A stretch of 64,000 nucleotides of DNA, taken from positions 11,720 to 75,719 of the forward strand of contig DAKS01000039.1 of assembly GCA_002499195.1 (NCBI GenBank). Reading direction: 5' to 3'. This DNA is from Euryarchaeota archaeon UBA443 (GTDB taxonomy: Archaea; Thermoplasmatota; Poseidoniia; Poseidoniales; Poseidoniaceae). The notes under the pieces are model-generated. The model saw nothing but the letters and a program-made list of their open reading frames with translations, ran no database searches and was not told the origin of the DNA. Within the stretch, counting starts at the first letter, position 1, and each line of letters starts with the position of its first letter. This document shows positions 37,752-48,389 of this stretch, piece by piece. The position numbers were made by a program, and so were the translations under genes.

Positions 37752-40700
37752 ATGCCTGAGATAACATATCTCGAACATCCGACAGATACGGATGCTTTAA
37801 TGGAGAAATTATGTCCACCAGTTCGCAATTGGTTCAAGGAAAAGTTTCCTGACTTTACCCGTCCACAAAAACTCGCAATTCCAACGATTATGGATGGAGG
37901 CCACCTTCTTCTTTGTTCCCCCACAGGTTCGGGTAAGACACTTACAGCATTTCTTACGATTATCGATCAATTGGTTCGCAAAGCACTGAATGGAAAATTG
38001 GAAAACAGAATTCATTGCGTTTACATTTCTCCAATCAAAGCACTTGCCAACGACATCCAGAAAAACCTCATCGGGCCACTTACAGAGATTTCAGAACGAT
38101 TTTTGCCAGACCGTGCACAGGAGATCAAAGTCGGTTTACGTACAGGAGATACACCTCAATCTGAACGTCAAAAGATGTTGCGAAAACCCCCCCACATCCT
38201 GATCACGACACCTGAGAGCCTTGCGATTGCGATTACATCGCCAAGATTTCAGCCCATCATCAGCGATGTTGAATACATGATTATCGATGAGTTACACTCC
38301 CTAGTGTCATCCAAGCGTGGAGTCCATCTAGCACTTACACTTGCTTACTTGGACACACTCCTTGAACGCCCTGTACAAAGAATTGGAATTTCAGCGACAA
38401 TGGAGCCATTGGAAACAGTTGCGGAATATTTGGTTGCTAGTGATGATCGTGAATCACGCGGGGATGGACAGAAGGTTCATATCGCGAAGGTTTCAGGTTC
38501 AAGAGAACTCGATTTGGACATTTTACTCCCTCATACAAAATTTAGTGATTTGCCTGTATTGAAAATATTAGATGAGAACATTAGCGTTATCGCTGACCTC
38601 ATCTCAGCACATACGACAACACTTGTTTTTGCAAACACGAGAAAGATGACAGAAACGTTGGTTCAGCGGCTCAAACGGCCTGAGTTTGGTCTCGGAGAAC
38701 TTGTTGCTGGCCATCACGGTTCGATGGACAAAAAGATTCGGCTCAATGTTGAGCAGAAATTGAAAAAAGGGCACTTGCGTGCAGTTGTAACCTCTTCTTC
38801 CCTTGAAATGGGTATCGATATCGGTACTGTAGATATGGTGATTCAACTCGGTTCTCCTGGAGATATCGCAACAGCATTGCAAAGAATCGGCCGTGCTGGC
38901 CATCATGTAGGAGGTATTCCTCGTGCACGGTTCTTACCATCGAGTGTTGACGATTTGATTGAACTGGCTGCCCTACAAGCAGCGATTCAATCAGGAGAAA
39001 TGGATCGGCTTGATTTCCCAGAAAATTGTCTTGACGTCGTTGCACAGTTCCTAATCGGTCTGGTAATCATAAACGAAATAGATATCGATGAGGCTTTCGA
39101 AATAGTATCCAGTGCGTGGAATTATCGTAATTTTGAGTATGATGATTTCATTGAAGTCCTGGATATGCTTGAGGAGGAACGCCGTGTTTGGATTGATTGG
39201 GAAGATAATACCTATGGAAAACGTGGTTACTCTCGGATGATCTACTACACAAATATTGGAACTATCGCCCCTGATAATTCATATCTTGTATTCAATGCGG
39301 AAGGATCTATTCTTGGACAACTTTCTGGCTCCTTCGTTTCTAATCTTCGAGGCGGGGACGTCATTTTGCTAGGAGGTTCTACATATCGAGTTACAAACAT
39401 CCAAGGAACAAGGGTCAATGTATCCAGCGTTACAGGATATAGGCCAACCGTTCCATCATGGTCTGGTGAGGCCCGTTCAAGAAGTCGCGAGTTGTCTTCA
39501 TCCCTCCTATCACTCATTCGACATTGTATGATTTCACTTCGACGAGAACAAGACCCGCGTTTGGTTCTTAGAGATGCTTACGGGCTGTCAAATGCAGTCT
39601 CAAATGCGATTGCTAGACACTTGGAGGAACACACCATCGATTCATTCCAAGTTCCTGAACCAAATCGAATTCTTATCGAACAAATCATCGGCACAGGTCA
39701 TCCTGCTTATCTGATTACGACCTGCCGTGGTCGTGCGTTCAACACAGCTCTAGGATACTTTATGGCAGGTATTGCAGAATCATCAGGTATCAGTGTAATT
39801 GAATTATCATTTGATGAAAATGGACTGCTTATTCGAACCGCTCAGGAAGTTGATCCAGCACAACTCTACGAAGCGTTTCGTTCAAACAATCACATCGAAG
39901 TTATCGAACGCTACATCATCAACACACAGATTTTCGCCAAGCGATTTAGAGAGGTTGCAGGTCGTTCAATGATTATTCCAAAGCGCGTTGGAGCAGAAGA
40001 GATAAGCCCGCAACAATTCCAGCAAAAGGCCGAAGCACTTCTAACTAGACATCGTACAATGGAAGGTTCCTTATTGATGAGAGAAGCAAAAAATGAGGTC
40101 TTGTTTGGTGATATTGATGTCTTTGGATTAAATCAATTCTTAGAATCCTGTATCGAAGGTGATGCTCGAATTGTTCACACAAAGGTGACGATTCCATCAC
40201 GCCTTGGAATGAGTCTCTACATGTCCGCATTTGAAGACTTGATGTCGATGAAAACGCGCGCATTCCTTGTCAAGGACATCGATCCTGAAGTCCTTCGTCG
40301 ATTGATGGGAACACGTAGTCTTGCTACGGAAATGACCTCCGAACAACTCGACAAATATTACAGCGATAAAGCCCCTATACCTGATTCTCCAGAATCGCTC
40401 TACGAATTGATGCAGCATGGAGGAGGACTAGATCGAGAGTTCAACAACCCTCTTTATAGAAACAAACTCGATGGAATTGATTTGAATTTGATTAGAACTT
40501 GGGTAGAGACTCTCTGTCAAAGTGGAAAAATCACCAAAGTCAATGGGACCGGTGAACCGGATATCGACGGGAAATGGTTCAATCCATTCATGGCGGAAAT
40601 ACACGGCACTTTGGCTTGTCTTGCCACCAGTGATTCCAGTTCAATTATTGATCTAAGAGATTATGATACCAAGGACATGTCCTTTGAAATCGCTATTGAA

Positions 40701-43043
40701 TTTGATGGTACAACACCAACCAAATGGAAAACTATCCCTGTGGGAGATCCTCATGAAGCTCTTCGTGTTAAGATTCTTGAGCTTCTTGGTTCAGAAGGAC
40801 CAAAAACAACTGAAACACTGCATCAACGTCTACCATTCTCTGAGAAATCTGTTGATCGTATCGTCCACGAATTGGAGACTCGTAACGTTATCAGCGTTGG
40901 TTTCTTTACGCAGACAGATGATGCTGAACTCATCCTCAAGGTCGATGAACACCGTATCACTGGTGGAGAGGAAGAAATCGTTGAGTATCGATGGATTCAA
41001 AATTTGGTCTTGGATAAATCATTCAAGAAATATAATGATGTTTTCGAAGCGTTTAATCAACATGTTCTCGTTCAAAAACAACAAGAATTACTTTACAGAA
41101 TAGAGGATTTCCGATTCAAGGATTGGAAAGATTTGCAACTTGACTCCGACGTTGTCAGTGGCCGATTATTGCATAATCGAATGGGTTATACAACCAAAAA
41201 TAACATTCCAATGCTCCTAGGACTCAAACCTGAACCATGGATTGGTGCGATGGAAGAGGAAGTTCTGTCAAAGCTTCACATAGATGAAAACATAACGCGT
41301 CAAGAATTAGTCCAAGACTTCCCTAAGGGAGAAGAGCACCGACAACTCGAACGTGATGTTAAAAATGCAATTTCCAATCTTGACCGCCAAATGTTGTTTG
41401 TTAAACAATTCGAAGAAGTCATTGGACGAAGGCGAAGGTTGTCCTTGTTCCACAAAGTTCACGGAGTCTACAAACCGATGGATTTCGAAGATGCACTGGA
41501 AGAAGTTGTTCGTCGTATGGGGCCAGTAAAGGCTAGTACATTACGATTCTACGTCTCTAGAAATTATGAAGACCTACTCGTTGCGCTTCACAATCTAGAA
41601 ACTAGTGGACGCATCTCAAAAGTTACTGCTCTCGTACCCGATACAGAGGACTTCTATTGTACACCTGCTGAAGTTGAAATGTTACAAGTTCCTCGGCGAG
41701 AAGATCGCACAATACGAATATTAACACAATCAGATCCTTACGTATCACGATTCATTTGGGAAGTTCGTTCAGCATTGGATAGAGGATGGTACTTACCTGT
41801 CTTCAAGGGCGTCGATCCGGTTGGAAAAGTTCTCATGTTCCGCGTGAATGATTATCTTGAAATCAAGGACATGCATATCCCAACAGCGTATTTCGAAGAA
41901 TTTTGTGATGCATTCCTAGTCTTGCTGGAAAACCATGCGGACCAACTTGTTGATGTCGCTGTATTAACCAATGTCAATGGTGAGACAATTTCAGAACTTA
42001 GTAGCCCAATGCGTGCTGGATTGGAGAGAATTGGATTCAAGCAAGTAGGTGAGCGAATGATTCGTGGTGGAATCGTTGATCCACAACCACGAGAGATTGC
42101 TGAACGAGCATTGTTCTATCAACATCATTTGCATCAGGAAACGCGTCACGAGAATGAGACATTAGCACTTAGAAAGATTAAGGAAATCCGTGATGATTTT
42201 GCCTTGCGAGGTCGTTGTGAGGTATTTCGAACCAACCTAAAGTCCATGGCCAGTGCGAATCGCCTCCACAAGGGAGTCAATATGCGAGGTCATCAGGTAT
42301 GGGCGCCATACGAATATTTCGAGACCTTGCTTACGATTAGAGGAATTCCTCCAGAGGATGATTTGGTTGATATCATTGATTTCTTTAGTACTCAAACCGA
42401 TCCAAACATCTTCAAGGAACGTCATGCTTTGACACAATCTGAATTTAGGAAACTGGTCCAACCATTGATTCGGACTGGACACATTGTCGAAGATTTCCGA
42501 GGTGGATTCCGCGCGGTCCATCCTAGGACCGATGCTGATCCTGTCCACTTAAGGCGCGAGTATTTACGAAGCCTTGTAAGCGATTATCCTGTCATCACCA
42601 TCAAACAGTTATTGCGACTTTCAGGAACTCCTTTCAAGCCAGAAGAGTTGAAAGCGATTCTCAACGAATTCGAAGAAGATGGAACCCTTATCAAAGGATT
42701 CTTGATCGAAAATTTACATCAAGTTTGTTGGGGAAGAAAGGAATTGCTAGAATCGGCGAAATCAATCAATCCAATACGCGACTTCGTGTTGCCGCCAACC
42801 GATCCAATCGCTCCATATTTCGGCGATGTTCTGAAAGAAAAGTTTGGTTTTGGTAGCGCATATCTAGTGTTCAAAAATGCTGAGCCTGTTGCAGCTTTCA
42901 AAGCAAACACGAGAAACAAAACTATCGATGTCACCGACTATGAAGGAAGCGAGAAGGGATGGCGTGTGGTCAAAGAATTCGCTTGGGAGCATCAAGTTCC
43001 TCTCAAGACAGAGTTACGGATCGGTGGAAAAAGGATTGGCTGA
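37752..43043 (+). CDS. lhr: Lhr-family SF2 helicase, long form with extended C-terminal domain
   Basis: SPTGSGKT, ISPIKALAND, RTGDT, ITTPESL, DELH, SAT, HHGS, SLEMGIDIG, QRIGRAGH, NIGTI, PSW. Confidence 0.92.
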   Translation: MPEITYLEHPTDTDALMEKLCPPVRNWFKEKFPDFTRPQKLAIPTIMDGGHLLLCSPTGSGKTLTAFLTIIDQLVRKALNGKLENRIHCVYISPIKALANDIQKNLIGPLTEISERFLPDRAQEIKVGLRTGDTPQSERQKMLRKPPHILITTPESLAIAITSPRFQPIISDVEYMIIDELHSLVSSKRGVHLALTLAYLDTLLERPVQRIGISATMEPLETVAEYLVASDDRESRGDGQKVHIAKVSGSRELDLDILLPHTKFSDLPVLKILDENISVIADLISAHTTTLVFANTRKMTETLVQRLKRPEFGLGELVAGHHGSMDKKIRLNVEQKLKKGHLRAVVTSSSLEMGIDIGTVDMVIQLGSPGDIATALQRIGRAGHHVGGIPRARFLPSSVDDLIELAALQAAIQSGEMDRLDFPENCLDVVAQFLIGLVIINEIDIDEAFEIVSSAWNYRNFEYDDFIEVLDMLEEERRVWIDWEDNTYGKRGYSRMIYYTNIGTIAPDNSYLVFNAEGSILGQLSGSFVSNLRGGDVILLGGSTYRVTNIQGTRVNVSSVTGYRPTVPSWSGEARSRSRELSSSLLSLIRHCMISLRREQDPRLVLRDAYGLSNAVSNAIARHLEEHTIDSFQVPEPNRILIEQIIGTGHPAYLITTCRGRAFNTALGYFMAGIAESSGISVIELSFDENGLLIRTAQEVDPAQLYEAFRSNNHIEVIERYIINTQIFAKRFREVAGRSMIIPKRVGAEEISPQQFQQKAEALLTRHRTMEGSLLMREAKNEVLFGDIDVFGLNQFLESCIEGDARIVHTKVTIPSRLGMSLYMSAFEDLMSMKTRAFLVKDIDPEVLRRLMGTRSLATEMTSEQLDKYYSDKAPIPDSPESLYELMQHGGGLDREFNNPLYRNKLDGIDLNLIRTWVETLCQSGKITKVNGTGEPDIDGKWFNPFMAEIHGTLACLATSDSSSIIDLRDYDTKDMSFEIAIEFDGTTPTKWKTIPVGDPHEALRVKILELLGSEGPKTTETLHQRLPFSEKSVDRIVHELETRNVISVGFFTQTDDAELILKVDEHRITGGEEEIVEYRWIQNLVLDKSFKKYNDVFEAFNQHVLVQKQQELLYRIEDFRFKDWKDLQLDSDVVSGRLLHNRMGYTTKNNIPMLLGLKPEPWIGAMEEEVLSKLHIDENITRQELVQDFPKGEEHRQLERDVKNAISNLDRQMLFVKQFEEVIGRRRRLSLFHKVHGVYKPMDFEDALEEVVRRMGPVKASTLRFYVSRNYEDLLVALHNLETSGRISKVTALVPDTEDFYCTPAEVEMLQVPRREDRTIRILTQSDPYVSRFIWEVRSALDRGWYLPVFKGVDPVGKVLMFRVNDYLEIKDMHIPTAYFEEFCDAFLVLLENHADQLVDVAVLTNVNGETISELSSPMRAGLERIGFKQVGERMIRGGIVDPQPREIAERALFYQHHLHQETRHENETLALRKIKEIRDDFALRGRCEVFRTNLKSMASANRLHKGVNMRGHQVWAPYEYFETLLTIRGIPPEDDLVDIIDFFSTQTDPNIFKERHALTQSEFRKLVQPLIRTGHIVEDFRGGFRAVHPRTDADPVHLRREYLRSLVSDYPVITIKQLLRLSGTPFKPEELKAILNEFEEDGTLIKGFLIENLHQVCWGRKELLESAKSINPIRDFVLPPTDPIAPYFGDVLKEKFGFGSAYLVFKNAEPVAAFKANTRNKTIDVTDYEGSEKGWRVVKEFAWEHQVPLKTELRIGGKRIG

Positions 43044-43163
43044 ATGTCAAATCAATTTGCCATGTTCTTGATATTAAAGCGCTCACGTATCGTATACATG
43101 AGTAAAAATTCGGAAGTGATGTGTAGGCAATGGAGTTATGAACGTCCAAGCCTTGACAGGGAC

Positions 43164-46100
43164 ATGCCCAAAGGCTCACCCCTCGTCGCATCCACACTTA
43201 TTTTGATGATGTTAGCATCAACATGTTTGGTGGCTACTGCCCAAGCAGAGGAAAATATACTCGATGAAATTGAGATTATGCACACTGCAATCAATCCAGC
43301 CAATAACAAGACCTACCATCTTCTCTCCGAATCTTCTTGGGAGGATGCTGCCTTCAAAGCACGTTCACTTGATGGATACTTGACCACCATCGATGATGCT
43401 GAAGAAAACACATGGGTGTTCGACACGTTTGCTAGTTTCAATGAACAAAGCCGTCACCTGTGGATCGGTTTGAACGACGTCCAAGATGAAGGCATGTATC
43501 GATGGCATGACGGAACCCCCTTCTTGTATCGAAATTGGGGGACGGACCAACCAACAGGTGGAGATGATTCAGATTATGTCCACATCGCATCAACCAACAT
43601 GGGCAACATCATGCCACAAACATGGAATGATCTTGAAAACAATCCAGAATACTTCCCTGTTTACGGTGTTGTAGAGGTTGGACCTGGTGCAGATTTTTCA
43701 CTTCGTTTCAATGGAATTGAAGATCACATTGTTATCAAACACGATGAAGGCCTCATGACAAATGGTTCGTTAAGCATCGAAGCAACCATCAAATCCACCG
43801 ATTTAACTGGCATTCGTTTCATTACCATGAAAGGTGATTACGGCTGGGGTATGTATCTCTCCGATGGATACATTGGATATGCTTCAGAATACAGTTTGTC
43901 CAAACACCCTCTTTCCACCACTAGCATTACTGAAGATACGTGGCATACCATCGGTATCGAAATCGTCGAAGGAGTAGGTGGACAATTCATAGTCGACGGT
44001 AATCATGCTGGAAATATTTCTGCAGAAGATGCAAACATTCCAGAAGGTGATTTTGGTTCGAACGATTGTTTCACTTCCGGAGATTCATGCGATGAACTCT
44101 ACATCGCTCGAATGGGTGCTGGTTGTGATTGCTATCACTTTGAAGGGATTATTGATGAAGTTAGCATCTCCTTCGCAGAAGATAACGTGTGGACTCCTGT
44201 AAGCGATTGGACCTTCTGGGAAGGAGAGGGAGGCGACACTGGAGATGCGCTCAATGATGAAACAATGCAGCGTGTTGGTACCATTCATGGAGCGGATTGG
44301 GTCATGCCTGATGGATCCATTGTTGCACAAGCTGTTGAATTATCAAACCATGAATACATTATCATCGAGAATGCTCAACAGGGAGATACACTACTGTTCT
44401 ATGCGGAACTTGAAGAATACACATTCATGATCGATATCTACATGTGGGGATGGTCAGAAGAGTACTACGATGACTGGGATTATGAATTCGAGGATAGCCT
44501 CTATTTCGATGCCTATGTTGGCTATGATAAAATTCCTGCTCCATGGGATTATGATGAGCAATTGGAAGGATATTATGGGTCTATTTGGAACTCTTGGACA
44601 TGGCCTGATGCTGAAGTGATATGGTTCTCAGTTGTTGTGAACCAAGACATCGAAGAATTCGAAATTGAAGCATCTTGGGAAGTTGCAGAAGCTCCACCGA
44701 GCCTCGATGAAATGACCGAATTGTACAATGGCATCCCAATTCCTTCGCAATCCCTAGAAGGTGATCGTGACAATTACGATGCTGAATTATCCTATTACTA
44801 CGTCAATGTAACCGATTCCCTTACCGAGCTTAAGGTAGAAACGTACGGTGGAAAAGGAAACGTGGACCTGATAATGTCTTCTGGCGGACCTATCGATCCA
44901 AATTATTACTACTACTATCCAGAACCGTTTGAGGATTTTATCGAGGTACCTAATGGCCAAAGCAGTGTCATTTGGTCGTCAAATAATGGAAACGATGAGG
45001 AAGTCAACATGTTCGATGTTGAACCAGGAATCTACTACATAACCGCATTCACATATCGAAAGTCAAACGATTTCACCATCGTTGCAGATTTCACTTATGC
45101 GCCAGCAAATGCTGATCCTTCAACTGCAATCGAGTTGCAAGATGGTATTGCCTATGGACCGATGAGTGGATACGATGGACTTGACCAATATTTCTTCATC
45201 GATGTTCCAAGTGGAACAGAACGCTTGGAAGTTGATCTCGATGGTGGATTTGGCCAAGCAACCCTCCATATGCGCTACGAAAATACACCAACTGCGAGTG
45301 AATCCGACCATCACTCCGGAGCGCCAGGTGCTGGTGATAAAATCGGTTTCAACAATCCAACTCCTGGCACGTGGCATATTCTTCTCGACTCGGAAAGTGT
45401 ATTCAGTGGAGTCTCGATTACTGCTTCCTTTGAGGATCTCTACGTTTGGGAATACGATGGTACGCCAATCGAGTTGTTCAACGATGAGGCTGTCGATGGC
45501 CTAAGTGCTCCTGCTGGAGAAGAACTGTATTTCTACGTTGATTTGCAAACCCGATCAGAGGAACTTATCATCAACACGTACGGAGGCGAAGGTTCGCTTT
45601 ACATCGCTGCTGATGGCGAAGTTGATTATGGTGATTTCTTTGATTTCGATGAATTTGGAGACTTTGATTTCCTTGATGAGGATATCTTCGGTGAACAATT
45701 CACATCTTACGGAGAAGGAACACAGCATGAACTCTACGTTTACTCTCCGGCTGCTGGCCGATTTGATATAACCCTCATCGCTGAAGACGACTTTTCCGAT
45801 GTCTCCATCGTCGCCTATTGGAAAGAAGACCTACGACCTGTTCCTGGACCAGACCCCCCACTTGTCGTAGATCCTGAAGAGATCTATGCCTGCGATTCTA
45901 ATCTCGAGGAGTTCTTCAAGGACTCTGACATCAATGGAGATGGAATGCTGAATGGTGATGAATTCCGTCGTTCAGACCCTTCCGATGATATTGTATTCAA
46001 TGATATTGATACCACGGGCGATGGATTCATTGAGTATACTGAAGTTGTTGCTTATGCTTGCACCTGCGAGAATGAACTCATGATGTTGAGTGAACAACTT

Positions 46101-46784
46101 CCATACAAGACATCGGTCGAATTCTTCGAATCCTTAGTACTGAAGAATGATTATGATTTGGAAGTCTTGGACATGAATGAAGACGATTACGTCACATATG
46201 ATGAACTTCAAAAGGGATTCGAAACATGCACAACCACCTTCAATCCTTTCGACAGTGATGGTGATGGAGTACCAGACATCGATGACCAGTTCCCGGACGA
46301 CCCAGATGAATCAAAGGATGCTGATGGTGATGGAATTGGTGATAATGCCGACTTCGCACCCAGTGTTGCAAACGATATCGTCTACGGGGCAGGAGGCGCA
46401 TTGCTCATCGTTCTCATCGGTTTATTAGTTCTCTTCGTCCGTGGAGGCGGCGGCTCCAACCAAAGAATGGATGAAGAATGGAATAAGACCGATGCTTTTT
46501 CAGAACAGATGTTGGGCATGAACAACCAATCAACGACTCAGAAAGAATTACCTGGAGCGCCACAATTGGAACCAATTGATGACGCAACTCCTTCATATCA
46601 AGAATCTGAAGTTCCAATCTATGATTTCGGACAAGCCAACTTAGAAGCATCATCTTTTGAACAACCGGCAGCCAGTTTGATGGGAATGATGGATGCAAAT
46701 GGACGAGAACACATCGAATACCCTACAAATAGCGGAAGATTGTGGTATCGAGATGAACCAGATTCGGATTGGATCAAGAACTAG
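43164..46784 (+). CDS. Multidomain cell-surface protein (C-type lectin, LamG, PPC-like, EF-hand, TSP3-like repeats, TM)
   Basis: LWIGLND..WHDG..NW..QP..WND; FEGIIDEV; TYGGKGNVDL..GIYYI; DINGDGMLNGDEF; DSDGDGVPD..DADGDGIGDNAD; start placed at MPKGS before the signal peptide. Confidence 0.8.
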   Translation: MPKGSPLVASTLILMMLASTCLVATAQAEENILDEIEIMHTAINPANNKTYHLLSESSWEDAAFKARSLDGYLTTIDDAEENTWVFDTFASFNEQSRHLWIGLNDVQDEGMYRWHDGTPFLYRNWGTDQPTGGDDSDYVHIASTNMGNIMPQTWNDLENNPEYFPVYGVVEVGPGADFSLRFNGIEDHIVIKHDEGLMTNGSLSIEATIKSTDLTGIRFITMKGDYGWGMYLSDGYIGYASEYSLSKHPLSTTSITEDTWHTIGIEIVEGVGGQFIVDGNHAGNISAEDANIPEGDFGSNDCFTSGDSCDELYIARMGAGCDCYHFEGIIDEVSISFAEDNVWTPVSDWTFWEGEGGDTGDALNDETMQRVGTIHGADWVMPDGSIVAQAVELSNHEYIIIENAQQGDTLLFYAELEEYTFMIDIYMWGWSEEYYDDWDYEFEDSLYFDAYVGYDKIPAPWDYDEQLEGYYGSIWNSWTWPDAEVIWFSVVVNQDIEEFEIEASWEVAEAPPSLDEMTELYNGIPIPSQSLEGDRDNYDAELSYYYVNVTDSLTELKVETYGGKGNVDLIMSSGGPIDPNYYYYYPEPFEDFIEVPNGQSSVIWSSNNGNDEEVNMFDVEPGIYYITAFTYRKSNDFTIVADFTYAPANADPSTAIELQDGIAYGPMSGYDGLDQYFFIDVPSGTERLEVDLDGGFGQATLHMRYENTPTASESDHHSGAPGAGDKIGFNNPTPGTWHILLDSESVFSGVSITASFEDLYVWEYDGTPIELFNDEAVDGLSAPAGEELYFYVDLQTRSEELIINTYGGEGSLYIAADGEVDYGDFFDFDEFGDFDFLDEDIFGEQFTSYGEGTQHELYVYSPAAGRFDITLIAEDDFSDVSIVAYWKEDLRPVPGPDPPLVVDPEEIYACDSNLEEFFKDSDINGDGMLNGDEFRRSDPSDDIVFNDIDTTGDGFIEYTEVVAYACTCENELMMLSEQLPYKTSVEFFESLVLKNDYDLEVLDMNEDDYVTYDELQKGFETCTTTFNPFDSDGDGVPDIDDQFPDDPDESKDADGDGIGDNADFAPSVANDIVYGAGGALLIVLIGLLVLFVRGGGGSNQRMDEEWNKTDAFSEQMLGMNNQSTTQKELPGAPQLEPIDDATPSYQESEVPIYDFGQANLEASSFEQPAASLMGMMDANGREHIEYPTNSGRLWYRDEPDSDWIKN

Positions 46785-47700
46785 GCTTGGTCTTTTTCTT
46801 TCTCAATCCAGCTGCTTCGAGCAACCTAAGGATGTGGCGATGCAGTTCAGGAAGCAATTCGAACATGGCGATAGCCATCACGAACATTGCAAAGAGTGAA
46901 ACAACTCTAGATGCATAGGAATGTCCGAATTCAAACATACTCAATCCTAAATATTCCCATCCCTCATATGAGAGATGCATCCAAATCAATCCTGCATTGC
47001 GGAACAGATTGAGAATGTGAATAATGGGGATGGTGAAGAGCAAGGCTCGAATTCTACGCTTTCTATCAACATCTAGCACTGAAATTGCACCAATAAATAC
47101 AATCATTGATTGAAGTGCAGTACAAGCAAGAACAAAATTGATGCCGATTGCACCTCCATCTGCCATGATCAATTCTGTTTGAAATGGATGTTCTCCGAAA
47201 CCGTCGGTCATGAACCACTTATTCCCATCCCATTCGGACCAAGAAACCTGGCCAGCATCAGTGTTGACCATAGTTTCACCAAGTTTTATGTCGATAGTTC
47301 CCGTAAACGAAAGGAACATTGCTACCTGTGAAGCAACAAACCAAATCGCAAGTACCGACAACCACGGTATATGCGCAACAAGTAGGTAGGGCCCACCAGC
47401 ATATGCAACGCACCCACGGGCCCAATTCAATGCAGCACGGTCACGGGATGTCAGTGAACGTGCTTCTGCAATCACCAAAGCCACGGCGATTGGAAGAGCG
47501 AGTGCAGTCATTATTGTAAGAACAATATCTCCAAGTTCGAAGTAATACATTGAATCATTGAAAAAATAAATTCCAACGAGAACCCAGCCTGTTTGAGCAA
47601 GTCTGGAAACTCCCTCATTGTGGCGTTTATGCCACGAAATTGCTAACATAACCATACCAATAGCGCCTGCAATGGTGGCAACTTCCTTGGCAAGGAACAT
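46774..47700 (-). CDS. Archaeosortase (exosortase family, ArtA-like)
   Basis: Multi-pass; FVLACTALQSM (catalytic Cys), LNLFRNA (Arg), FEFGH. Confidence 0.8.
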   Translation of the reverse strand: MFLAKEVATIAGAIGMVMLAISWHKRHNEGVSRLAQTGWVLVGIYFFNDSMYYFELGDIVLTIMTALALPIAVALVIAEARSLTSRDRAALNWARGCVAYAGGPYLLVAHIPWLSVLAIWFVASQVAMFLSFTGTIDIKLGETMVNTDAGQVSWSEWDGNKWFMTDGFGEHPFQTELIMADGGAIGINFVLACTALQSMIVFIGAISVLDVDRKRRIRALLFTIPIIHILNLFRNAGLIWMHLSYEGWEYLGLSMFEFGHSYASRVVSLFAMFVMAIAMFELLPELHRHILRLLEAAGLRKKKTKPSS

Positions 47701-47767
47701 GACATTCCCAGAACTCAACCTCATAGAAACGTTTGCCCATTAAGTCCAACAACCCGTTCAATGTCCA

Positions 47768-48388
47768 GTGGTTATGGAAGGACCCATTGTGGATGGTTCT
47801 GGTTCTGCTACAGGGCCAATTGCATTCATCGATCGAGATGGTGTCCTCAACTATGGTCGAAATGGTTACGTCAACCATCCAAATGAATTGATTATGATCC
47901 CTGGTAGCGGTAATGCTATCGCTCGATTGCGGGCAAAAGGTTACACGATTTGTGTCGTTACAAATCAATCTCCAATCATGCGTGGGCTATGGACTGTTGA
48001 ACGACTTCATTCCATCCATAACAAACTTCGGCAACAGCTTATCGAAGAGAATCCTGACGCAGTTATCGATATCATCATGACATGTCCTCACAGAAATCGA
48101 GATCGATGTGGATGTCGTAAACCATGGCCAGGAATGTTGGTTAAAGGCAACAATATTCTTCGTGATGAGCGTCAACCAAATCGACGAATTGATTGGGCTG
48201 GACCAAAACCCGAATCTTGGCATCCACTCGATACAATGGTTGGAGATCGAAAGTCAGACATGGGAGCAGGTTGGGCAGTTGGTGCTCGAACATTTGAGGT
48301 ATCAGATAAACTAGGCCTGCCTCAAGTCATCGACAGGGTTCTTGATGAACACGATGCTGGCGATTTCTATGATCCTATGAGGTGGTAA
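47768..48388 (+). CDS. HAD-IIIA phosphatase (GmhB/histidinol-phosphatase-like)
   Basis: FIDRDGVLN, VTNQS, CPH...CGCRKP.PGM, MVGDRKSD. Confidence 0.88.
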   Translation: MVMEGPIVDGSGSATGPIAFIDRDGVLNYGRNGYVNHPNELIMIPGSGNAIARLRAKGYTICVVTNQSPIMRGLWTVERLHSIHNKLRQQLIEENPDAVIDIIMTCPHRNRDRCGCRKPWPGMLVKGNNILRDERQPNRRIDWAGPKPESWHPLDTMVGDRKSDMGAGWAVGARTFEVSDKLGLPQVIDRVLDEHDAGDFYDPMRW

Positions 48389-48389
48389 T

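Noticed and set aside
37744-37752. A9 homopolymer at the lhr start as a phase-variation or slippage site
   Set aside because: Forms the SD-to-start spacer and the A of ATG; would not shift the reading frame
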